A stretch of 64,000 nucleotides of DNA from an uncultured bacterium. GTDB lineage: Bacteria > Actinomycetota > Acidimicrobiia > Spongiisociales > ZC4RG35. This document shows positions 38,910 through 48,237 of the stretch, in pieces (within the stretch, counting starts at the first letter, position 1; the number at the start of each line of letters is the position of its first letter). Below the pieces are notes generated by a model. The model made no database searches. It was not told where the DNA came from and saw nothing but the letters and a program-made list of their open reading frames with translations. The stretch is taken from contig CAVWBT010000001.1 in the NCBI GenBank assembly GCA_963753285.1, positions 115,194 through 179,193 of the forward strand. The letters are read 5' to 3'. Position numbers and translations under genes: made by a program.

Positions 38910-40052
38910 TCAGACCCAGTAGCCGTCCATGCGGGCCAGCACCTGGAGCATCGTCTCGTCCGAGCCCCCGCCGATGGCACCGAGCCGCTGGTCGCGGAAG
39001 AAGATCGACGTCCATGTCTCCTCCATGTATCCGATTCCGCCGTGGAACTGGAGACACCAGTCGGCCACCTCGCGACCGAGACGCCCGGCTTTCAACTTGG
39101 CGATCGTCGCCATCCGGGTCACGTCCTCGCCGCGCACGTGCTTGGCGGCGATCGTGTAGTTGTAGTTCTTGAGCAGATCCACCTCGGCGGCCAGCTCCGC
39201 CAGCCGGTACTGGAGGTACTGGTTCTTCAGCAAGGGCTTGCCGAAGGCGTGCCGCTCACGCAGATAGTCACGGGTGAGGTGGAGCGCTTTCTCGAACCCG
39301 GCCGCCGCCGAGTACGCCGCCCACATCCGTTCGATCACGAATTGCGCCATCTGCTGTTGGAACCCGGCGCCGATCGTCCCGATGGTGTTCTCGACGGGGA
39401 CTCTCATGTCGGTGAACGACAACAGGCCGGTGTCCGACGCCCGCATCCCGAGCTTGTCGAGTTTCTTCGACACCTCGAACCCGGGGCTGTCCGTCGGCAC
39501 GACGATCTGGCTCATCCCGGCGTAGCCGCCCTCGTCCGAGGTCCTGGCCAGCAGGCACAGCCAGTCGGCCTGCAGCGAGTTGGTGATATACATCTTCGAT
39601 CCGTTGATCACCCATTCGTCACCGTCCTGGACGGCCTTGGTGCGGATCGCGGCCACGTCCGACCCGGCGTCCGGTTCGGTGACGGCGACCGCCGCCACCA
39701 TCTCGCCGCGGATCGCCGGCGCCAGATACTTCTGTTTGAGCTCTTCGGTGCCGAACCGATTGAGTGACGGCGTCGCCATGTCGGTCTGGACGCCCAGCGC
39801 CATCCCGATCGAGCCGTGGGCGGCCTTCCCGAACTCCTCGGCGAGCACGACGGTGAACAGGTGGTCGGCATCGCCTCCCCCGTACTCCGACGAGTACTCG
39901 AGGCCGAGCATGCCGAGCGAGCCCATCTTCCCGAAGATGTCGTGGAGCGGCATCATCCCCTCGGCCTCCCACTCCTGGACGTTCGGGTTGATCTCGTTCT
40001 CGACGAACTCTGCGACCACCTTGCGGAACTGACGGTGCTCTTCGGTGAACAA
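38910..40052 (-). CDS. Acyl-CoA dehydrogenase
   Basis: TTG start after an aggagagg RBS (MFTEEHRQFRKVVAEF..). Internal TEPDAGSD..GSKMYITNS and GGIGYMEE ACAD motifs. Confidence 0.7.
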   Translation of the reverse strand: MFTEEHRQFRKVVAEFVENEINPNVQEWEAEGMMPLHDIFGKMGSLGMLGLEYSSEYGGGDADHLFTVVLAEEFGKAAHGSIGMALGVQTDMATPSLNRFGTEELKQKYLAPAIRGEMVAAVAVTEPDAGSDVAAIRTKAVQDGDEWVINGSKMYITNSLQADWLCLLARTSDEGGYAGMSQIVVPTDSPGFEVSKKLDKLGMRASDTGLLSFTDMRVPVENTIGTIGAGFQQQMAQFVIERMWAAYSAAAGFEKALHLTRDYLRERHAFGKPLLKNQYLQYRLAELAAEVDLLKNYNYTIAAKHVRGEDVTRMATIAKLKAGRLGREVADWCLQFHGGIGYMEETWTSIFFRDQRLGAIGGGSDETMLQVLARMDGYWV

Positions 40053-40164
40053 GTGCCACTCCTCTCCTGTCGGAACGAACTCTACGGCCGGCCGATCGTT
40101 TAGGAACGGACAGCCGCGGGAAGGTTCGGGACCTGAAACCAAACAAGACCAGGAAGTGATCAGC

Positions 40165-40689
40165 ATGCCAAGCCTGACCGGAGTCCACCAAGGCATCCAT
40201 CAGATATCGACGCTCGACGGAACGACCGCAGCGAGTTCAACCGCCGACATCCGTACTGCGCTCGCCGATGCCGACACCGATGTCAACGATGTCATCGAGA
40301 CGTTGATCGACGGTGTTCGCGGGTTCTCGGCTGCGGCCGCCCGAGCGGACAGCCCGATGCAGCAACAGTTCATGGCGATGGGCGCACGTCGCCGCAAGAC
40401 AGCCGGAGACATCATCCGTATCGCCGCCGACGAGCAGATGTCGCCGCTCACCCTCGACGACAACGGCACCGCAGCTGGAGCACTCCACCGCTCCTGGCTC
40501 AGCGTTCGGGAGGCGATTCAGGGCGATGCCGGACTCGCAGCAGCAGCGCTCACCGGCGAACAACACGCCAGGAAGAAGCTCATCGAACGCCTCGACGCGG
40601 GACTCCCCCCGTCCGTCGCCAAAGCCACTCGACGCGCGCTCAAAGAACTGGATGCCAACATCGCGAAGCTGGAGTCCATTTCGAGCTGA
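40165..40689 (+). CDS. Ferritin-like DUF2383 (PA2169-family) protein, paralog 1
   Basis: NDVIETLIDGVRGF..AAA..RIAADE..HRSWLSVREA pattern. Confidence 0.5.
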   Translation: MPSLTGVHQGIHQISTLDGTTAASSTADIRTALADADTDVNDVIETLIDGVRGFSAAAARADSPMQQQFMAMGARRRKTAGDIIRIAADEQMSPLTLDDNGTAAGALHRSWLSVREAIQGDAGLAAAALTGEQHARKKLIERLDAGLPPSVAKATRRALKELDANIAKLESISS

Positions 40690-40972
40690 CCGCCTCGGCA
40701 GAATCGCGTCGAGGCTCCAGGCATCGAGGCCCCGACCGCGGGTTTCCACGCTCTGCCCGCCGGTGATGCCGCCCGACCGAACCGAGACTGCGAGCAGCTA
40801 CCGGCGCCCGACGCATGCCGTCGGATGCCGAAGAACGGATCGTGCCAATCGGTGAGCTTGCGCCGGTCCTCGCCTGCCTCCACCGACGCTCAGGCTCGAG
40901 ACTCGTTTAGGACCGCACGGTCACGGGAAAACTCTCAACGAACGCTACGAGACACCCAGGAGTGATCCAGGT

Positions 40973-41488
40973 ATGCCAAACCTGACTGGAGTCCATCAAG
41001 GAGTACATCAGATGAGCACCCCATACAGCGCAACCACGACACCCGATCTCACCGACGAGAAGGCCGAGTTCGAGTTGGCAGTCAATGACGTCATCGAGAC
41101 GATGATCGATGGCGTGCACGGCTTCGAAGCCGCTGCGGAAAGGGCCGACGGAGACCTCGAACAGCAGCTCACTTCGATGGGGACTCAGCGTCGCGACACC
41201 ACCGAAGACCTCATCCGGATCGCAGCCGATGAGGACATGAATCCTGTCATGCTCGACGACCAGGGAACGCCCTCCGGTGTCCTGCACCGCTCGTGGATCA
41301 GCATCCGTGATGCCGTCCAGGGCGATTCGGGAGTGGCTGCCGCCGCACTCAACGGCGAACAGCACGCCAAGGAGGAAGTCGAGCAGGCACTCGACGCGGG
41401 CCTCCCGGAGCCCATCGCCACGGTCGCACAGCGAGCCCTCGGCGAGATCGAGGCCAACATCTCGAATCTCGAACCGCTGACCAGCTGA
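40973..41488 (+). CDS. Ferritin-like DUF2383 (PA2169-family) protein, paralog 2
   Basis: MPNLTGVHQGVHQ.. N-terminus shared with paralog 1. Same motifs. Confidence 0.5.
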   Translation: MPNLTGVHQGVHQMSTPYSATTTPDLTDEKAEFELAVNDVIETMIDGVHGFEAAAERADGDLEQQLTSMGTQRRDTTEDLIRIAADEDMNPVMLDDQGTPSGVLHRSWISIRDAVQGDSGVAAAALNGEQHAKEEVEQALDAGLPEPIATVAQRALGEIEANISNLEPLTS

Positions 41489-41567
41489 CACAGAGCGATC
41501 GAACACCAGGGCCGTGGTTCCCGCAAGCGGTGACCCTGGCGCGGCCTCATCGCCCTAGCCTTGCGCC

Positions 41568-41948
41568 ATGTCCGAATCACCGATGCTGGGGCGACCCGTG
41601 AGCCCCGACGAGTACGGGCGCCTCGACACTTTCGAGGTGGATGCGCCGATTCGCGTCGAGTTCGTCACCGACGAGCTCCAAGCACTCTGCCCGGCCGTGG
41701 ATGGCGTCCAACCCGACGTCTACCGGGCGACGATCAGCTACGTGGCTCGCACACATGCCATCGAGTCGAAATCGCTCAAGCTGTGGCTGGTGACGTACCG
41801 GGATCGGCGGATCTTCGCAGAGCACCTGGTGAAGGAGCTACACGACCACATCGCCGCACTCGGAGACAAGGTGTCGGGCATCTCGGTCTCACTGAGCCAG
41901 AACGTCCGCGGCGGCATCGCCACGAGCGTCACCTATCCGGCGGACTGA
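41568..41948 (+). CDS. queF: NADPH-dependent 7-cyano-7-deazaguanine (preQ0) reductase, unimodular YkvM type
   Basis: LCPAVDGVQPD and ESKSLKLWLVTYRD match the QueF catalytic Cys/QPD motif and the E(S/L)KSLKLY motif. Confidence 0.8.
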   Translation: MSESPMLGRPVSPDEYGRLDTFEVDAPIRVEFVTDELQALCPAVDGVQPDVYRATISYVARTHAIESKSLKLWLVTYRDRRIFAEHLVKELHDHIAALGDKVSGISVSLSQNVRGGIATSVTYPAD

Positions 41949-41965
41949 TCGAGGCCGCAACCGGC

Positions 41966-42355
41966 TCAGGTCAGCTCGTCGACTTCAATCTCGAGTCGCA
42001 ACTCGACGTCGAGGAACTTCACCGAGCAGGTCGCCACGGCCGACGGATCGGAGACCCGCACGTAGTAGGTGCCTCGCAACCGAAAGATGCGACCGCCGAC
42101 ACTGTTGATCTTGCCTCTCAGACACGGAATGCTCGCTTCACGATCGCCTTCAGTGACCGTCATCCGTGGCAGATCCTCTTCGAGGCCCGTCGGGCCTGGA
42201 CGGTGCTCGACGAGCTTCATCGCTTCGAACCCGATGGCCACGCCCTCGTCATGGAGTCCCTGGAGCCAGATCACTGCACCCTGGCCGTCCTCCCGAACCC
42301 ACCGATCATGCAGCCCGAGCGGCCTGATGAGGTCGTTCGGATCGAAGAACCTCAC
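41966..42355 (-). CDS. Hypothetical protein (129 aa)
   Basis: Coherent ORF. No recognised domain. Confidence 0.3.
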   Translation of the reverse strand: MRFFDPNDLIRPLGLHDRWVREDGQGAVIWLQGLHDEGVAIGFEAMKLVEHRPGPTGLEEDLPRMTVTEGDREASIPCLRGKINSVGGRIFRLRGTYYVRVSDPSAVATCSVKFLDVELRLEIEVDELT

Positions 42356-43410
42356 GACCGGTGGACAGGCGCAATCGAGTAGTCGTTGAGGTCGGCGTCC
42401 CAGTTCAGATCGAGCAGCCCCCGGGTCTGCGCCGCCTTCACGAACTGGAGGAAACTCCCGTAGCCGAACTTCTTCTCCGAGAAGTCGGAAATCTGCTTGC
42501 GAAGCTGATTCTTGAGACCCGAGAGCACGATCGTGCCGTTCGACTGGTCGAGCTTGGAGACGACATCGCCGAGCACCCGGAACGCTTCGCTCTCCTCGGG
42601 GTTGGAGGCCATCTCGATGAGCGGGTCACCCTTGGCGGGCCCTTCGGAGACTTCGATCACCGACTTGGCGACGAGGTGGGCCAACAACTCCCCGAACGCC
42701 CGGAATCCGTAGTCGGCTTCGGTGAACGTCGGGTCTTTGCGCAGCAGCGCGCGCTTCAGCGACGAGGCGAGCACGGCGCCCTGTCCGGTCCGCTGGAGAC
42801 CTGAGATCGTGGTCGCGATGAGGCGGTCGAGGTCCTCGAGTGAGTTCAATGCGCTCGACTTGTCGGATGACTCCTCGGTGTCTCCGTTGCGTGATCGACG
42901 CTCGCGGGTTTCCGGGGCGCGCACCTCGACGCCATCGAGGTTCTCGTAGAAGAGGAACTCATCGCATGCCGGAGGGAGCAGCGCCGACGTGGATGCCTTG
43001 ACCCCGACTCCGATGACCCGTTTGTTCAACTCCCGCAGTTTGTACACGAGCGGCGTGAAGTCCGAGTCCCCGGTGCCGATGACGAACGTGGTGATGTAGT
43101 CACGCTCGAATGCCAGTTCCATGGCGTCGACGGCCATTTTGATGTCGGCGGCGTTCTTGCGGACCGCACCCATCCGCTGGGGGATCTCGATGAGCTCGAC
43201 GTGGCTCCGCGTGAGCATCCGACGGTCCTCGTCGAAGTAGGTCCAGTCGGCATATGCCTTGCGGGTCACCACCCGCCCGCGCTCGGCGAGGGCGTCAGCA
43301 ACCGGCTTGAGATCGAACTGCATCCCGGACAGCTGTTCCCGCGTGCCAATGGCGAGATTCTCGTAGTCGAGGAAGAGGGCGATTCGTTCGTCATCAGGAG
43401 TTGTACTCAT
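42352..43410 (-). CDS. NYN-domain (LabA-like) protein with two C-terminal OST-HTH/LOTUS domains
   Basis: N-terminal IALFLDYENL..VIGTGDSDFTPLV (NYN). Two repeats of LK..L....P.F.E..YGF..F..L (OST-HTH). Confidence 0.55.
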   Translation of the reverse strand: MSTTPDDERIALFLDYENLAIGTREQLSGMQFDLKPVADALAERGRVVTRKAYADWTYFDEDRRMLTRSHVELIEIPQRMGAVRKNAADIKMAVDAMELAFERDYITTFVIGTGDSDFTPLVYKLRELNKRVIGVGVKASTSALLPPACDEFLFYENLDGVEVRAPETRERRSRNGDTEESSDKSSALNSLEDLDRLIATTISGLQRTGQGAVLASSLKRALLRKDPTFTEADYGFRAFGELLAHLVAKSVIEVSEGPAKGDPLIEMASNPEESEAFRVLGDVVSKLDQSNGTIVLSGLKNQLRKQISDFSEKKFGYGSFLQFVKAAQTRGLLDLNWDADLNDYSIAPVHRS

Positions 43411-43846
43411 GGCTTCACCCTACCGACGTCTCGGATCTCTTCTCGCTTCCGGCCGCGCGCACCTGAGCATCGCTGTTGAACCCCGACGGGAGGTGTCATG
43501 CCGTATCAACGAGAGGCCTGCTTCCCGCCGATGCAGCGGATCGCCTGGCTGCTGGATGCGTGGGTCTGCTCTTCGGCCCCTTCACAGGAAGATGTGCTGG
43601 TTCCGCCGTTCATCCCGTTGGTCGCTCTCGTCTGGATCGGTCACGACTGGCTCAAACGTGGACCCGTCGAGGACTGGAAGGATTCGCTGCCGCACTTCCG
43701 CCGACCGGGACAGACACCTTCGCCTCGTGATCAGCCAAGCCGACGCCATGTCCGTCTCGGAGGGCTAGTCACGTCGGGCTTCTGTGAATGGTCCTCCAGT
43801 TTTCTCGCGTGTCACGCCGATGGGAGGAAAGGCGCCGAAGAGTGGG

Positions 43847-45757
43847 ATGGCAGGAATGCGGATAGGAATCAATTGGGATCACAGGACCGGTAGACCCACG
43901 GCGATCCTCGCGATCCTCGCGATGATCTCGACGTTGTTCGCAGCCTCTGGGACCGCCGCCAGCACCGAATCCACCGGGACGATCGACGTCATCGTGCGCG
44001 AGGCGGCTCCACTCACCGATGCCGCCGAGTCCCTCGTGGAACGCCTCGGGGGCACGGTCCGTGACAATCTCGGCATCATCGGTGGATTCACCGCCACCGT
44101 CCCCGCCGACGCCATCGGGTTGCTCACCACCAGCCCCGACATCGAAGCGGCAACCCCTGACGGCACGGTCCAGTTCGCAGCGGCCGGATGGGATGATGCG
44201 ACAGCGCTCGGCGACATCGACTTCCGCAGCTACTCCGGATCGCTCTATCAGATCACCCGGACGACCAAGGCCGTCAATGCCTGGGGCAAGGGATACACCG
44301 GATACGGCGTGGACGTTGCCCTGATCGACACAGGCGTGGCTCCATTGCGATCGCTCCCGGCGTCGAGAGTCGTCAACGGGCCCGATCTCTCCTTCGAATC
44401 CCAGAACCCCGATCTCCAGTACCTGGACTCGAACGGGCACGGCACCCACCTGGCCGGCATCATCGCCGGGACCGACGTGTCGCTCGACTTCACGAGCCCG
44501 GGTGACAGCAGTGTCTTCATCGGCATGGCACCGGGCTCGCGGATCATCAGCCTCAAAGTCGGCGCCCACGACGGCTCTGTCGATGTGTCGCAGGTCATCG
44601 CCGCCATCGACTGGGTCGTGCAACATCGCAACGACCCGGGCTTCAACATCAGGGTCCTCAACCTGGCGTTCGGGACCGATGCGACCCAGTCGTATGTCCT
44701 CGACCCCCTCTCGTACGCCGTCGAGCAGGCATGGAAGAACGACATCGTCGTGGTCGTGGCTGCCGGAAACGATGGAAACCAGTCCCCGCTTCGGAACCCG
44801 GCGATCGATCCCTTCGTCATCGCAGTCGGATCCGGATTCGCCAGCGACTTCAGAGCCGACAACAACACGAGGGTCGTCTATGACTCGCTGTCGGACTTCT
44901 CCAACTGTGGGACGTCGGAGCGCGGAGTCGACATCCTGGCCCCTGGCAAATCCATCACCAGCCTCAGGACACCCGGCTCGTACGCCGACGTGAACAACCC
45001 CAAGGCGCGAGTCGGCGCCGACTACTTCCTGGGTTCGGGCACCAGCCAGGCCGCTGCGATCGTGTCCGGCGCAGCAGCGCTCATCATCGACGCATGGCCC
45101 GACATGTCTGCCGACGAGGTGAAGTACCTCCTGACGGCCAATGCCACGCCGGTCAACGGGGCCTCGGCGACCTGCCAGGGCGCCGGAATGATCGCTCTGG
45201 ACTTCCTGGCCAGCAACACCAAGAAGGCCCCGAACACCAGGGGAGCGACCCAGACGTTCGTGCCATCGGTTGGCGACGGAACCCTCGAGGACGCTCGCGG
45301 CACACATCACGTCGAGATGCAGAACGCCGAGGGAAAGAACGTCGTCCTCCGCGGCGAGCAGGACATCATGGGAAGCCCCTGGGTCGGCTTCAACACCACG
45401 ACCACCGTGTGCGCCAAGGAGGGGAAGGGCAAGAACGCCGTGATCGCCTGTACCGACGTGCTCGAACCCGTCGAGACGCTGTGGGACGGCGGCAGCTGGA
45501 ACGGTCGGAGCTGGTCGGGGACCTCGTGGTCCGGAGACACGTGGTCCGGTCTCAGCTGGTCCGGGACCTCGTGGTTCGGCTTGAGCTGGTCCGGCCTGAG
45601 CTGGTCCGGTCTGTCCTGGTCCGATCAATCCTGGTCCGGGCTGTCCTGGTCGGGTAGGTCGTGGTCGGGTAGCTCGTGGTCGGGCGCCTCGTGGTCCGGT
45701 CTGTCCTGGTCCAGCGGCGGCACCGCAATTTCCGACCAGGGTGTGCGCTGGAGCTGA
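43847..45757 (+). CDS. Secreted subtilisin-like S8 serine peptidase with I9 propeptide and C-terminal (SWSGx)n repeat tail
   Basis: Catalytic triad contexts VALIDTGV, HGTHLAGIIAG, GTSQAAAIVSGAAALI. Signal peptide. The 3' end encodes about 18 SWSGx pentapeptide repeats. Confidence 0.75.
   Translation: MAGMRIGINWDHRTGRPTAILAILAMISTLFAASGTAASTESTGTIDVIVREAAPLTDAAESLVERLGGTVRDNLGIIGGFTATVPADAIGLLTTSPDIEAATPDGTVQFAAAGWDDATALGDIDFRSYSGSLYQITRTTKAVNAWGKGYTGYGVDVALIDTGVAPLRSLPASRVVNGPDLSFESQNPDLQYLDSNGHGTHLAGIIAGTDVSLDFTSPGDSSVFIGMAPGSRIISLKVGAHDGSVDVSQVIAAIDWVVQHRNDPGFNIRVLNLAFGTDATQSYVLDPLSYAVEQAWKNDIVVVVAAGNDGNQSPLRNPAIDPFVIAVGSGFASDFRADNNTRVVYDSLSDFSNCGTSERGVDILAPGKSITSLRTPGSYADVNNPKARVGADYFLGSGTSQAAAIVSGAAALIIDAWPDMSADEVKYLLTANATPVNGASATCQGAGMIALDFLASNTKKAPNTRGATQTFVPSVGDGTLEDARGTHHVEMQNAEGKNVVLRGEQDIMGSPWVGFNTTTTVCAKEGKGKNAVIACTDVLEPVETLWDGGSWNGRSWSGTSWSGDTWSGLSWSGTSWFGLSWSGLSWSGLSWSDQSWSGLSWSGRSWSGSSWSGASWSGLSWSSGGTAISDQGVRWS
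45485..45722 (+). repeat. 15-nt tandem repeat (agctggtccggNctg)n inside the S8 protease CDS, encoding (SWSGL)n
   Basis: Read directly from the sequence. Confidence 0.7.
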
Positions 45758-46173
45758 ACTCCCCACACGAACCAGCCATTGGCCCTCGGCGCGCTCAACA
45801 GTGACGACTCCAGCCTGTCTGGCGGGTTGGTCGGATTCCCAGGACGATGGACTGGAATCAGCGCGATCGGGCCGTTTCGGCGGTTATCGGGGCCTCGAGT
45901 TGTTCGAGCACGACGATCAGCCCGTGCGTCGAGCACATGTACATGCCCCGGATCACCAGCGATGCATCGCGATCACAAGAGCTGCAGCGAATGACACGAA
46001 TGTGATTACTCATGTGTGATTCATCGGATGCGCACCTGTCGGCTTGAGGACTTCTTCGCAGGAACCCGGCAAGATGCCGCCCTGCTGAGCGATGACGACT
46101 TCGATGGAACCAGCACATGGAACGGTCCACTGCCGGCGCCGCCGCGAGTGGTCCAGCCGTGATGCTCCGTCGG

Positions 46174-46305
46174 TCAGCCAGCCAACAGGTGAACGACAGT
46201 CACGAGCCCCGCCACGGCAAGAGCGATGTCACCCAGGATCTCTGCGCGTCGATTCTCTGATTCGCCCGAATTCTGTTGGTCTTCCGTGATCTTCGTCTCT
46301 TTCAT
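46174..46305 (-). CDS. Tiny single-TM peptide (~44 aa), family B copy 3 (..RRAEILGDIALAVAGLVTVVHLLAG)
   Basis: gaggga RBS. C-terminus near-identical to the 2277-2390 peptide. Confidence 0.4.
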   Translation of the reverse strand: MKETKITEDQQNSGESENRRAEILGDIALAVAGLVTVVHLLAG

Positions 46306-46547
46306 GTCCATCCCTCTACCCGTCGGCACGACGAACGAGATCTTCAGGCCAAGCCGGACGCCGCTGGAGTGCGCGCCCCCGAACTGGATCAGGTGAGCGA
46401 GAGAGGTACGATTCCCCCCACCAGAGACATCAGTGCCGATGCTGTCGGGGTTGGATCCCGATTCGAGGCATCGGCGCTCGGTTCGGTGCGCGAGCCCCAG
46501 GACGGGACTCACGCCCACAATCGTCAATGATGACAGGCACAATCCCC

Positions 46548-46620
46548 GCCCGAGTAGCTCAGGGGATAGAGCAACTGCCTCCTAAGCAGTAGGTCGCAGG
46601 TTCGATTCCTGCCTCGGGCG
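46548..46620 (+). tRNA. tRNA-Arg (anticodon CCT)
   Basis: Cloverleaf by eye: acceptor stem GCCCGAG/CTCGGGC, D-arm AGCTCAGGGGATAGAGC, anticodon loop CTCCTAA, T-arm GCAGGTTCGATTCCTGC, discriminator G. Confidence 0.8.
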
Positions 46621-46635
46621 CAGTGCCTTTGCTGG

Positions 46636-47010
46636 CCGACTTCTGGACAAGGCCGCAACGGCTTCGGAGGGAATCACGAGTCCAGAACAGACGCCGGTCG
46701 GCCAGGGCTGCCGCACTCGACCCCCGCCTCCGATCCCGCACGCCAGACACCCGGCCGGCCGACTTCTGGACAAGGCCGCAACGGCTTCGAAGGGAATCAC
46801 GAGTCCAGAACAGACGCCGGTCGGCCACGGCTGCCGCACTCGACCCCCGCCTCCGATCCCGCACGCCAGACACCCGGCCGGCCGACTTCTGGACAAGGCC
46901 GCAACGGCTTCGAAGGGAATCACGAGTCCAGAACAGACGCCGGTCGGCCACGGCTGCCGCACCCCCGCCTCAGATCCCGCAGGCCAGAAGCCCGGCCGAC
47001 CGGCTTCTGG
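46636..47010. repeat. 123-bp tandem repeat, 3 copies plus a degenerate partial fourth, immediately 3' of tRNA-Arg; each unit has an imperfect hairpin (ggccgacttctggac...gtccagaa..ggtcggcc)
   Basis: Period measured as 46636 to 46759 to 46882 (123 nt each). Copies are more than 95% identical. Confidence 0.8.
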
Positions 47011-47096
47011 AAAGTGCCGCCCGACCGGCGAGGGAAACGATCGGACACCCCTCGACGCTCCGCTCCGTTCGATGAGCGCTCAGCCGGGAGCAGCGT

Positions 47097-48029
47097 TCAG
47101 TGGTGATCCTCGGGCGGCGGCACAACACCCCGCTGCTCGGCGATGCGCCAGTAGGCCTGTGGGATGCGGTACGTGTCGAAGTTGAAGAGCGTCTGCTTGT
47201 ACGAGTTGGTGAGATCGAGATCGACCCGAGCCACGATGACCTCGTCACCGGTGGTCACGGCCTGGGTGATGATCTGCCCCGACGGTGCAACGATCGCCGA
47301 GTGCGCCAGCGACTCGACGCCTTCCTCGAATCCGCCCTTGGCCACGCCCACCACGAATGTGCCGTTCTGATACGCCCCGGCCTGCATCACGAGGTGATTG
47401 TGAAAGGCCTGGAGCGAGTTCTGCGTCGGATCGGGTGCGTAGTGAAGCGGCGTGTTGTATCCGATGAGGATCACCTCCACTCCCTGGAGCCCCATCACCC
47501 GATAGGTCTCGGACCAGCGCCGATCGTTGCAGATGGCCATGCCGAAGAGCCCGCCGAAGGCACGCCACACCGGGAAGTCGTCGCCCGGCTCGAAATAGTG
47601 GCGTTCGGCGTGCTGGAAGTCTCGCCACTGCTCGTCTTCGGAGTGTCCGGGGATGTGGACCTTCTTGAACACCCCGATGGTCCGGCCATCCCGCTCGACC
47701 AGGTGGTAGACGTTGAATCGCCGTCCGTCCTCCTGCTTCAACGCGTAGCCGAGAGCGAACCCGACCCCGAGCCGACCGGCCTCGTCCCAGAGGGGCTTGG
47801 TGAATCGGTTCGGCATCTCCGTCTCGTAGTAATGGTCGGCCTCTTCGAGTGGGGCATGCCAGCGGGGAAAGAACGTGGTCAGAGCCAACTCGGGAAACGC
47901 CACGACACTCGCGCCTTGCTCCGCTGCGTCGCGCAGGAGGTGGATCAGTCGCTCGACGACGTCGTCCCGAGAGTGATCGCGCTGCACCGGCCCCATCTGG
48001 GCGGCGGCGAGGGTGAGGATACGGCTCAT
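47097..48029 (-). CDS. N-carbamoyl-D-amino-acid hydrolase (D-carbamoylase)-like nitrilase-superfamily enzyme
   Basis: Many blocks match Agrobacterium DCase from memory (VVFPELALTTFFPRWH, KKVHIPGH, FQHAERHYFEPGD, ICNDRRW, YRVMGLQGVE, GYNTP, MQAGAYQNG, IVAPSG). Confidence 0.75.
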   Translation of the reverse strand: MSRILTLAAAQMGPVQRDHSRDDVVERLIHLLRDAAEQGASVVAFPELALTTFFPRWHAPLEEADHYYETEMPNRFTKPLWDEAGRLGVGFALGYALKQEDGRRFNVYHLVERDGRTIGVFKKVHIPGHSEDEQWRDFQHAERHYFEPGDDFPVWRAFGGLFGMAICNDRRWSETYRVMGLQGVEVILIGYNTPLHYAPDPTQNSLQAFHNHLVMQAGAYQNGTFVVGVAKGGFEEGVESLAHSAIVAPSGQIITQAVTTGDEVIVARVDLDLTNSYKQTLFNFDTYRIPQAYWRIAEQRGVVPPPEDHH

Positions 48030-48237
48030 CGGTGGTCCACCTCCGGTGGGTTCGCCCGACCAGCGCGGCACCTCGGAGTCATTGCTACGTTTGCACATCC
48101 GGGGCCGCCGGACTGTGAGCCGCGAGTGGTCAGACTCGGTCAGCCCACATTGTGCAGAGCGCCGAACACGCAGTCAATTGGGCGAACCGGTTCCGGGAGC
48201 CGGCGCACTCCCCCTCGTGACACGACCCAGCTCGGCG

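Noticed and set aside
43409-43893. Two ~120-130-aa plus-strand ORFs between the NYN gene and the S8 protease
   Set aside because: Low-complexity, no RBS. They overlap the likely promoter/leader of the protease gene.
46636-47010. Possible CRISPR array
   Set aside because: The units are directly contiguous 123-bp repeats with no unique spacers, and there are no cas genes nearby.
46559-47075. ORFs of 126-150 aa with internally repeated sequence, on both strands
   Set aside because: Products of the 123-bp tandem repeat (123 = 41 codons keeps frames open). The repeat also contains hairpins and no RBS, so it is not treated as coding.
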